DNA of 28,891 bases from Promethearchaeota archaeon (lineage in GTDB: Archaea > Asgardarchaeota > Lokiarchaeia > Sigyniarchaeales > SOKP01): the NCBI GenBank assembly GCA_019057865.1, contig JAHLWP010000043.1, forward strand, positions 1 through 28,891, given 5' to 3'. Shown here in pieces: positions 17,978-26,230 of this stretch. Every line of letters begins with the position of its first letter. The first letter of the stretch is position 1. The notes under the pieces were generated by a model, which saw only the letters and a list, made by a program, of their open reading frames with translations, did not search any database and had not been told where the DNA came from. The position numbers were made by a program, and so were the translations under genes.

Positions 17978-18157
17978 ATGAGCAAATTCGATAGATACCA
18001 AAAAAAAGCGGAAGTATATGTTTATCCACATAAACATTGTAAAAAATGTGATCAAATGATAAATGAGGGTATTTCCTATTGTCCTGAATGTTATCAAGAG
18101 ATGAAGAATAAGAAAAGGAAGAAAAGATTTTGGAGGAAAAAAACCCCTAAAGTGTAA
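17978..18157 (+). CDS. Small Zn-ribbon protein, DUF2116-like (59 aa; absent from the ORF track)
   Basis: Translated by hand: MSKFDRYQKKAEVYVYPHKHCKKCDQMINEGISYCPECYQEMKNKKRKKRFWRKKTPKV; PHKHCxxC...YCxxC. Confidence 0.85.
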   Translation: MSKFDRYQKKAEVYVYPHKHCKKCDQMINEGISYCPECYQEMKNKKRKKRFWRKKTPKV

Positions 18158-18179
18158 AATCATTAAATGTTTATCAGGA

Positions 18180-19886
18180 TTAGGCTCTTAATCTCTCTAA
18201 GACCCAATCTTTATCGAGTAATGTTAAAAAGGGCCCTAATCGAGGTCCAAAGTTTTTTCCTAAAATAATTTGATATATTGCTTCAAACATCTTTCTTGGA
18301 AGAATATTTAAGTTATCCTTTGCTATACTAAAAATTTTATTTTGTACCAAATCTTCTTTCAAGTCTTTAGTGTCTTCTATATATTTTCTTAATAATTTTA
18401 TTCCTTGAAATTGTTTATCATCTAATTTCTCTATTATTTTTTTATCTACATTTTCTGGGATTTCAAAGATATCAATCTTATTTGTTAGTTCTTTGCGTTT
18501 TCTTGCATCTTTTTCATTTTTAATAATTTTTTTTGCTTCTCTAACCCAATTTTCAGTTCTGTTCAATAGAAATTCAAACTCCTCAATCGAAATCATTTTT
18601 TTCAAACCCTTCTTTTCCATAATAGATTTAGCTTTATTGTATAATTTCTGTGTATCTAAAATGTTCTGTAGCTGTGATAAAAAGATTAATAGCTTCAACG
18701 GGATTTTAAAAGATTTAACCTCAGGAATATTGTTTGTCTTAGTTAAAGGATATAAATATTGCAAAAATTTTTGCTCCTCCTCATTATCAGCATCCTCCAA
18801 AGAAAAATAAATGTTTTCCATTTTATCATAATAATCAAAATACTGAGGATATTCCTCAATTCTTAGAGATATATGTTTCATTGGGTTAGTTCTTAAGATC
18901 AACGCTCGATATAGCTCAGGATCAGCAACTTCTAAATAATTTTTAGGTGTAAATACTATTCCCTTTGAAGTTTTCATGTCTTGATCCCCTAATCTTAACC
19001 ATTCATAAGGCACTTTTACAGGACCTACATACTCGAATATTTCTTGGCATAATTCTAAACCTGTATCATATGCACCTCCTTTTACGCTATGATCTTTGCC
19101 TGCTGGTTCACATGTTGTTTTATAAATAGACCATTTTGCAGGCCAATCTACACGCCAATTTAACTTTAACCTACCACTATAAATTGATAAATTGCTTTCA
19201 TATCCACAAGCTGAGCAAATATATGAAACTTTCTGCTCATTTTTAAAATATTCCAATATTCTATTAGGTTTAATAGAACCATCTTTTTTTAGATGTTGGA
19301 TCTTGTCACATTTTTCACAAATTGCCATAACTGGCATCCAATTTTTTTGCATTTCAATAAAATTTGCCTTTTTCTCTTCATCTAAGGTTGGTAAAATGTA
19401 TTTCTTCAAGATTTTTTTAATCTTGTCCGTATTTTCTAAGGAAATTTTAATTTTTTCTTGCATTTCTTTAGTTTTATACAGATTATGAGACCAAATTATC
19501 TCTGTTCTTATCCCAAAATCGTCAAATGTAGAAATTAATTCATTTCCGAAATGGTGAGCATAACTTTCGCATCCACAATCTTTAAATGGACATGGTATCA
19601 AAGAAAAAGGTTTTCCTTTATGTTTCTCTTGAAATTCTTGGTTAATATAGGCAGGAAACCTTTTTGCAGCATCTAAACTGTCTAAAAATAGGAAAAACCT
19701 TACAATTTTACCTTTCTTTTCAAAAATCCTTCTTAAAGCATCACAAATTATAATCTCCCTTAAAATTCCAATATGAGTTTGTCCAGAAGGGGTTTTTCCA
19801 GTAGCTAATGTTATTAAAGATTCATTTCTTACCAAAATTTTATCAACAATTTCTTCTAACCAATGAACATAAATTCTTTCACTCAA
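18180..19886 (-). CDS. lysS: Lysine--tRNA ligase, class I
   Basis: HW, TPSGQTHIG, KLNWRVDWPAKW, EPAGKDH, MKTSKG, GPRLG; TTG start. Confidence 0.97.
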   Translation of the reverse strand: MSERIYVHWLEEIVDKILVRNESLITLATGKTPSGQTHIGILREIIICDALRRIFEKKGKIVRFFLFLDSLDAAKRFPAYINQEFQEKHKGKPFSLIPCPFKDCGCESYAHHFGNELISTFDDFGIRTEIIWSHNLYKTKEMQEKIKISLENTDKIKKILKKYILPTLDEEKKANFIEMQKNWMPVMAICEKCDKIQHLKKDGSIKPNRILEYFKNEQKVSYICSACGYESNLSIYSGRLKLNWRVDWPAKWSIYKTTCEPAGKDHSVKGGAYDTGLELCQEIFEYVGPVKVPYEWLRLGDQDMKTSKGIVFTPKNYLEVADPELYRALILRTNPMKHISLRIEEYPQYFDYYDKMENIYFSLEDADNEEEQKFLQYLYPLTKTNNIPEVKSFKIPLKLLIFLSQLQNILDTQKLYNKAKSIMEKKGLKKMISIEEFEFLLNRTENWVREAKKIIKNEKDARKRKELTNKIDIFEIPENVDKKIIEKLDDKQFQGIKLLRKYIEDTKDLKEDLVQNKIFSIAKDNLNILPRKMFEAIYQIILGKNFGPRLGPFLTLLDKDWVLERLRA

Positions 19887-19973
19887 AACCTTTTCACTCC
19901 ATAGCGAATTCTTTATTTAATTAATGATCACATTTATTTATCATTTTTTATTTTAGATCTTAGTGATTACTTT

Positions 19974-21785
19974 ATGAGAATTGCTGTTCTTAATAAAGAC
20001 CAATGTAAGCCAGGTAAATGTAGTCCTTTTGGAGAAAAACCTTGTATAAAATATTGTCCGAAAGTAAGAACAGGAGATAAAACCATTGTTTTAAGTCAAG
20101 ATAGTAAAAGAGTTATAATTACAGAAAGCCTTTGTACTGGGTGTGGAATTTGTATTAAAAAATGTCCTTTTAACGCAATTAGTATTGTTAATCTTCCCGA
20201 TCAATTGAAAAATCAAATAACCTATCGATATGGTCCAGATCAATTCTCTCTATTTAGAATGGCTATTCCTAAAAAAGGAAAAGTATTAGGTTTAATTGGA
20301 GAAAATGGGATAGGTAAAAGTACAATGTTAAAGATCTTATCTGGAGATTTAAAGTTAAACCTTGGAAGATTTGAAGAGAATGCTCCTGATGATAATGAAA
20401 TAATTAGTTTTTTTAAAGGATCTGAATTACAGCAGTACTTTATTGATCTTAAAAAAAATAAATCTAAAATTGTACTCAAGCCTCAGGATATTACAATAAT
20501 ACCTAAGTTTGTTTCGGGTAAGGTTTTTGATTTATTGATAAAAAACGATGTAGAAGATAAACTTGATGAGATAACAGATCAATTAAATTTATCTGAAATT
20601 ATAGATCGTGATATTTCAGTATTATCTGGTGGTGAATTACAAAGAGTAGCAATTGCTGCTGGCTACCTGAAAGATGGAGATATTTACCTTATAGATGAGC
20701 CGAGCTCTTATTTAGACGTTAGTGAAAGGATTAATATGGCTAAATTAATCAGATCACTAACTAAGAGAAATAAAATAATCATTGTTGTTGAACATGATTT
20801 AGCAATTTTGGATTATTTAAGCGATTATATTTCTTTATTTTATGGGGTTCCAAGTGTATATGGAATAATTTCTCATCCTCAAGGAGTAAGAGTCGGTATA
20901 AACATATATCTTAATGGATATATTAAAGATGAGAATCTTAGAATAAGAGATACACCTATTCAATTTCATGAACGCCCACCTCAAGATTCTTTATTTGATT
21001 TAGGAGAAGTAGTTTTTTCGTATGATGATCTAGAGAAGTCTTTAGGAGATTTTCATTTAACTGTTTCTGGAAGTGAAATTCATGCAGGTGAAATTATCGG
21101 AATATTAGGAGCAAATGGGATCGGGAAATCAACTTTTATAGATTTAATTGCTAATAAAATTAAAGCTGATGATGAAACTAGTAATAATAAAAATAAAGAG
21201 TTAAAAGTGTCTGTTAAACCTCAATATATTAAAATGGATAAGTCTATTTTAGTTGCTGATTTAATAAAAAAAATTAAATTAGCTCCTCATCTGAGTGAAT
21301 CCTTTAAAAAACGTATAATTAATAAACTAAATCTAACAGATATTGGCGAGAGAATTATTTCTGAATTAAGTGGCGGTGAATTACAAAGAGTTGCAATAGC
21401 AACTTGTCTGACCAATGATGCTGATATCTATTTATTTGATGAACCTTCCGCTTTTTTAGATGTAGAAATGAGACTACAAGTAGCCCAGTTATTAAGAAAA
21501 TCAATTGAAGAGATAAAGAAGGCTGCGTTTGTGGTAGAGCATGATATTATTACTCAAGATTTTATTGCTGATTCAATCTTAGTTTTCGAAGGAACACCTG
21601 GATTAGAAGGAATAGCAATGGTACCTCAAAATTTAAGAGATGGTTTTAATTTATTTTTAAAAATGATGGGTATTACTTTTAGGAGAGACTCAATTACCAA
21701 AAGACCCAGAGTCAATAAAACTGGAAGTAACAAAGATGTTTATCAGAAGAAGATAAATGAATATTATTACATACCAAAAGGTTGA
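19974..21785 (+). CDS. abce1: Ribosome recycling ATPase ABCE1/RLI
   Basis: N-terminal Fe-S domain (CKPGKC...CP; CTGCGICIKKCPF), two NBDs (GENGIGKST and GANGIGKST; LSGGELQR twice), TFRRD...RPRVNK. Confidence 0.98.
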   Translation: MRIAVLNKDQCKPGKCSPFGEKPCIKYCPKVRTGDKTIVLSQDSKRVIITESLCTGCGICIKKCPFNAISIVNLPDQLKNQITYRYGPDQFSLFRMAIPKKGKVLGLIGENGIGKSTMLKILSGDLKLNLGRFEENAPDDNEIISFFKGSELQQYFIDLKKNKSKIVLKPQDITIIPKFVSGKVFDLLIKNDVEDKLDEITDQLNLSEIIDRDISVLSGGELQRVAIAAGYLKDGDIYLIDEPSSYLDVSERINMAKLIRSLTKRNKIIIVVEHDLAILDYLSDYISLFYGVPSVYGIISHPQGVRVGINIYLNGYIKDENLRIRDTPIQFHERPPQDSLFDLGEVVFSYDDLEKSLGDFHLTVSGSEIHAGEIIGILGANGIGKSTFIDLIANKIKADDETSNNKNKELKVSVKPQYIKMDKSILVADLIKKIKLAPHLSESFKKRIINKLNLTDIGERIISELSGGELQRVAIATCLTNDADIYLFDEPSAFLDVEMRLQVAQLLRKSIEEIKKAAFVVEHDIITQDFIADSILVFEGTPGLEGIAMVPQNLRDGFNLFLKMMGITFRRDSITKRPRVNKTGSNKDVYQKKINEYYYIPKG

Positions 21786-21848
21786 AACCTTGCCTTAATT
21801 AAAAACCTGAATATTTTAGATAGATTAAATAACCTTGCCTTAATTAAA
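21786..21848 (+). repeat. Two exact 18-bp direct repeats AACCTTGCCTTAATTAAA
   Basis: Copies at 21786-21803 and 21831-21848 (period 45). Confidence 0.9.
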
Positions 21849-21858
21849 TAACTATTAC

Positions 21859-22041
21859 ACTCCTTGATTTCCATTGGAAATATGATACAAAAACAATTTT
21901 CAAAAATTAGTATAATTAGTAGTTTAATAAAATAATTTATATATGATTAATTAATTTTTTCTTGGGGCCATTTCAAAATATATACTTAATTTTTTCTAAA
22001 AACTTATTTAAAATAATAACTTCCAGTAGAAATTGATGAGT
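21859..22041. other. Candidate replication origin: inverted ORB-like pair flanking an AT-rich spacer
   Basis: Minus strand 21859-21879 TTCCAATGGAAATCAAGGAGT and plus strand 22021-22041 TTCCAGTAGAAATTGATGAGT (16/21 identical), 141-bp AT-rich spacer, between convergent genes. Confidence 0.55.
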
Positions 22042-22127
22042 ATATAATAATATTATTAATTAATTATTAACTTACTATAAATATTTGTGCATAAGCTTCA
22101 ATTAAAATTAAAAAAAAATATTATTTA

Positions 22128-22382
22128 TTAATCTTTTATTTTCCAAAGAATTAATGGCCTACCACGTCTCCCATCATTTCTAGTAAATTTTTCAACCATT
22201 CTTCTTTTTTGAAGTTTAATTAAATTATCATAAATAGTTGTTCTAGGTGTTCTTAATTGATTAACTAAATCCCTACGTGTTAATGGACCAGTTTTAGCTA
22301 ATATTTTCATTAAATTATATTGAATAGGTGATAAATATTCTTTAGAATCAAGCATTCCTTTTATAAAACCCTCATTTGCCAT
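22128..22382 (-). CDS. Small winged-helix DNA-binding protein (TrmB-like HTH)
   Basis: GPLTRRDLV...PRTTIYDNLIKL...VEK...GRP..W. Confidence 0.85.
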   Translation of the reverse strand: MANEGFIKGMLDSKEYLSPIQYNLMKILAKTGPLTRRDLVNQLRTPRTTIYDNLIKLQKRRMVEKFTRNDGRRGRPLILWKIKD

Positions 22383-22582
22383 AATCTATTCCTCTACATA
22401 TTTCGAATTTTTAGTTCGACAATTTTTCGACTTTTTAATTTTTGAAAAGAGAATTGAGATCTTAATATAATATGTAATTTTGTTATATATAAGTATGCTT
22501 ATTTATGCATTATTATCATCAATCAGCACTAAAATTTATAAAGGAATGTTATTAATTTGTTATTGTTATATATGATTTTTTT

Positions 22583-22969
22583 ATGAAAATTGAAAAAATG
22601 ACTGAAACTACAAGAACTACTGTTACACTAAATAAAAGCTATATGAAATTAATTGAAGAACTGGTAGATGTTTTTGGAGCTTCCAAAGCACAAGTAATTA
22701 GTAATATAGTAGAACATTTTTTTAATGATAGTAAAAATGACGCTCTATTAGAAAAATTAAGAGAAAGAAAAAGAAAAGAAAAGCATCCTGAAAAACGTGA
22801 TCTTGATAATCGTATTAAAAAATACTTAAAAAGAGCGAATAAAATACCATTTGAAATATTTATTAAACATTTGAAATTGGATACTGATTTTGTTATTAAT
22901 AATTTAGATGAATGGGGAGAATTTTATAATTTTGTTCTAATTGATAATAAGATTACGAAGATTGAATAA
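22583..22969 (+). CDS. Ribbon-helix-helix (CopG-like) regulator with an extra C-terminal domain
   Basis: RTTVTL (ribbon), KLIEELV, SKAQVISNIVEHF; the C-terminal ~55 aa may be winged-helix-like. Confidence 0.7.
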   Translation: MKIEKMTETTRTTVTLNKSYMKLIEELVDVFGASKAQVISNIVEHFFNDSKNDALLEKLRERKRKEKHPEKRDLDNRIKKYLKRANKIPFEIFIKHLKLDTDFVINNLDEWGEFYNFVLIDNKITKIE

Positions 22970-22997
22970 TATTCTAATAAATTGTGAGGAATTAAAT

Positions 22998-23201
22998 TTA
23001 CCCTTTAAACAAGTCTGAAAAATCATCTGCCAGACCTTGAACCCAATCTAGCATTCCCGTTATTATCCCGACTATAATGAAAAATATAAATAAAGCAAAA
23101 CCAATTAATAAAGCATATTCTACTAAATTTCCACCCGACTCATCAGAGAAGAATTCTTTAATTTTTTTACCAAATTTTTTTAGAAATTTATATTGATACA
23201 T
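22998..23201 (-). CDS. flp: Flp/Fap-type (type IVc) pilin
   Basis: Basic leader ending FFSDESG, then GNLVEYALLIGF with Glu+5 and Tyr+6 (Flp motif), 44-aa mature peptide. Confidence 0.88.
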   Translation of the reverse strand: MYQYKFLKKFGKKIKEFFSDESGGNLVEYALLIGFALFIFFIIVGIITGMLDWVQGLADDFSDLFKG

Positions 23202-23275
23202 AACTGTTTTTAATTAAAATTCAGTCTTTTAAACTAAACCAATTCTTTAATAAAATCAAAAGCAAATTGGATAGA

Positions 23276-23689
23276 TTAAGATTTTAGTATTGCTAAGATT
23301 GAATTAAGTTCATCCTCAGTAGCTTGATTTCTTGGTATTTTAACTATAAATCTATTATCATCCAAATTTCTTGGGATAATATGAACGTGGAAATGGTTTA
23401 TATCTTGACCAGCGGCTTTATAATTATTTTGTAGAATATTATATCCATCAATTTTTAATTTTTTATGAACTATAGTAGCAATTTGTTTAACAGATTTGTA
23501 TAATTCAAAAAGTTTATCATCAGGAATATCTTCTAAATTAGTATAGTGGTTTTTTGGTATAACTATAGTGTGTCCTCTCGAAATAGGAAAGATATCTAAA
23601 AAAGCTAAATTTAGATTATTTTCAAATATAATTTTAGATGGAATTTTTCTATCAATTATCTTACAGAAGATACAGTCTTTATCTTTCAT
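23276..23689 (-). CDS. HIT-family nucleotide hydrolase (Hint-like)
   Basis: DCIFCKII, AFLDIFP..GHTIVIPK.H, AGQ...HFHVHIIPR. Confidence 0.96.
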   Translation of the reverse strand: MKDKDCIFCKIIDRKIPSKIIFENNLNLAFLDIFPISRGHTIVIPKNHYTNLEDIPDDKLFELYKSVKQIATIVHKKLKIDGYNILQNNYKAAGQDINHFHVHIIPRNLDDNRFIVKIPRNQATEDELNSILAILKS

Positions 23690-23829
23690 ATTTTCATAAC
23701 ATCTCTAAAGCATATATTTTATGGTTCTAATTAAAATGATTTAAATTAAAATTTACAAATTCTATACTCAGTTTTATCATAATAAATTATAAAGATTTTG
23801 TATTTTATTATTCTTAACTTTTGAAAAGC

Positions 23830-24645
23830 ATGTTTCTCGTAGAAATTAAAGCTATTTTTGAAAAAGAATTAGCCCCAAGACAGTATAAAATAAATTCTGA
23901 GATATATGGACTGCAATACGGGAAAAAAAATAGCAATAAAACAATCAAGAAAATAATGCTTACAATAGATCTAAGTTTAGAAGCTATCCATTTTGCTTTA
24001 AAGAAAAAGGTCAATTTAATAATATCTCACCATGGTTTAATTCATAAACCAGTTGGTTATTTTAATCAAAACCTAATAAACAAGTTATCATTACTTTCCA
24101 AGTTTCCAATTTCAATATTTGTATTAAATTCACCATTTATAGCAGCAGAAGGAGGGATAACAGATACAATCCTGGAAGCGCTTTATTTAAAATTAGATAA
24201 AACTTTTAATATTAAAAATAAACATGGAGTAAAAGTTCCAATAGGACGTATTTGCTTACCTAAAGATTATCCTAATCAAAATCAACCATTAAAGGTGGAA
24301 GACTTAATTAAAAGAATAAAAACTAACTTAAATTTAGAATATGTCTCCTATGTAGGTGATTTGAAAAAAGAAATAAAAAAAATTTGTATAGTTGGAGGTG
24401 ACTCACCAAACAAGGATTTACTAAAAAGAGTAATAAACAAAGGTTGTGATTGTTATATTTCTGGAAGAGTTAGCTATTTTGATGCAGTCTTCGCTAGAGA
24501 TATTGGTTTAACTTTAATAGAAACATCTCATTACAAGAATGAAATTTTAGCATTAAAAAAAATATGTAATTTATTAAGTTTAGAATTTCCATATGTTGAA
24601 TTTATTTTATTTGATTCCAAGGATCCATATAGAACGTATTTCTAA
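23830..24645 (+). CDS. Nif3/YbgI-like dinuclear metal-centre protein
   Basis: GLQ, LIISHHG, IGRI, ICIVGG, CYISG, SHYKNE; ATG at 23830 (TTG at 23821 is an alternative). Confidence 0.9.
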   Translation: MFLVEIKAIFEKELAPRQYKINSEIYGLQYGKKNSNKTIKKIMLTIDLSLEAIHFALKKKVNLIISHHGLIHKPVGYFNQNLINKLSLLSKFPISIFVLNSPFIAAEGGITDTILEALYLKLDKTFNIKNKHGVKVPIGRICLPKDYPNQNQPLKVEDLIKRIKTNLNLEYVSYVGDLKKEIKKICIVGGDSPNKDLLKRVINKGCDCYISGRVSYFDAVFARDIGLTLIETSHYKNEILALKKICNLLSLEFPYVEFILFDSKDPYRTYF

Positions 24646-24690
24646 AAAATACTTTAAGATATATTAAAAAAATTTAAAAATAAAATTTAA

Positions 24691-25391
24691 ATGAAAAAAA
24701 GGTTTAAAAATATGAAAAACAAAAAAATTCTATTTGGAATTATAATATCTTTATTTGTAATTACAGGATTTTGTAATATACCAAGTGTGTCTTCTGCAGA
24801 AACAATTGAAATACCACCTTTATCATATGTATATTATAGTATAGGTTATTTAGAAAACAAAGATGAGATTTTGATTAATGAAATTTATTGTCTTGCTGGA
24901 ATTAATGTATATATTATGAATGAGATACAATTTGAAACACTTCAAAATTCAGGTGGATTAATTTGGAATTCTTTGGTGAATTGGAAAGATGTTTATTGGA
25001 TGACTGATTGGTCAATTGATATTACAGAAGATGGATATTATTATGTTGTACTATATAATAAACATACATTTTCTTGGAGAACTGTATATGTTGATATAAA
25101 TGTTTGTTATTATTCTCCTCCTGTTAAATCTGATAATTTCTTTTTAGGATGGTTGGTATTTATTATATCATTTATAATCATTGCTATTGTTGGTGTGGTT
25201 ATTACTATAGTTTTTGTTAGCAGACATAAAAGAAAAATTCCAAAAGAAGATATAAAACAAGAGAAAACATCTGAAATTCAAGAAAAGAAAAAACCTATAA
25301 AGATATATTGCTCAGAATGTGGAACTGAAATTTTAGGTAAATCAAGAAGTTCTGCTCAGTATGTGGTACTAAAATAATTAATTTAAACTAA
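24691..25391 (+). pseudogene. Single-pass membrane protein with a cytoplasmic double zinc ribbon, frameshifted near 25345
   Basis: Signal peptide, beta-sandwich (DGYYYVVLYN), TM, then YCSECGTEI; the second knuckle KFCSVCGTKIINLN* is in the -1 frame (25347-25391); the unshifted ORF stops at 25377. Confidence 0.75.
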
Positions 25392-25759
25392 AACTTTAGG
25401 TAGAGCGAGTATTAGTTTTTATTAAGTTTAAATATTTAACTTAATTGTTTTAATAAGTTTGATCGGTTAAATTTTAATATTTCTACTCACAACCTTTATT
25501 CCATTAGCACTTTAAATGGTATTGACCAAGAGAAACTTGTTGCTCAATTACCCACTGTTATAACACCAAGTAATTTAAAGAGTTTAATTTTTGAGAAGTT
25601 TTTGTTGGTGTTTGTGTTTTTTAAAAAATTAGGTAATTTAATTGATTACCTTAAAAAATCAGCAAAAATAAGAAATATTCATTAAAGATAAGCTAAAATT
25701 CATTTAAATAAGTTTTTCTTTTCATTAAATCTCATATATCGTTATTTAAATAGTTTTGT

Positions 25760-25772
25760 CGAAAATTATATA
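25760..25772 (+). promoter_or_regulatory. BRE plus TATA-like element CGAAAA-TTATATA
   Basis: Matches the archaeal BRE/TATA arrangement, about 165 nt upstream of the TA cassette. Confidence 0.35.
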
Positions 25773-25936
25773 TTGTAATAAAAATTTTTAAATATGAATT
25801 CTTACATTATAGATCTTGAAGAAAAAAAAATAATTCCTAACTTCCTAAAAAGGTGCGAATTAGCTGAAAATATAAACTTATTCTTTTAAATACTATGTCT
25901 TATAGTATAATATATCAATTTTTTTAGACAAAGATC

Positions 25937-26230
25937 ATGAAATTTGATCCTAAAAAGATAATTTTTAAGCCAAGTATTATAGGTTCATCTGGTCTTAATC
26001 TTGCTGAATTTCAGAGAATAATAAGAGAGATTTACACTTCTGGAATAGGAATTGATGAAAAGTATAATACTAAGATTACAAAGACAATAGCAGAACCAAA
26101 AAGTAAATATATGGTACATGTAAAACAAATATGGCGAAAAGATCCAGATGGAGATGTATTTTTAAATATACGATATGTAAAAAAAATGAGAAGTAAAAAA
26201 AAGGTTTCCAAATGGGGTAAAGTAGTATGA
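25937..26230 (+). CDS. Small basic protein, putative toxin (RelE/MqsR/DUF4258-like position)
   Basis: 97 aa, basic, helix followed by beta meander; ATGA overlap with the downstream antitoxin-like gene; the toxin call rests on context. Confidence 0.5.
   Translation: MKFDPKKIIFKPSIIGSSGLNLAEFQRIIREIYTSGIGIDEKYNTKITKTIAEPKSKYMVHVKQIWRKDPDGDVFLNIRYVKKMRSKKKVSKWGKVV

Noticed and set aside
17256-18163. ORFs 17256-17459 (-) and 17927-18163 (-)
   Set aside because: Antisense to the GHMP kinase and to the real Zn-ribbon gene at 17978-18157
18493-20479. ORFs 18493-18810, 19192-19488 and 20240-20479
   Set aside because: Antisense shadows of lysS and ABCE1
21781-21848. Repeat pair as a mini-CRISPR array
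   Set aside because: Only two 18-bp copies, shorter than CRISPR repeats, and no cas genes in the window
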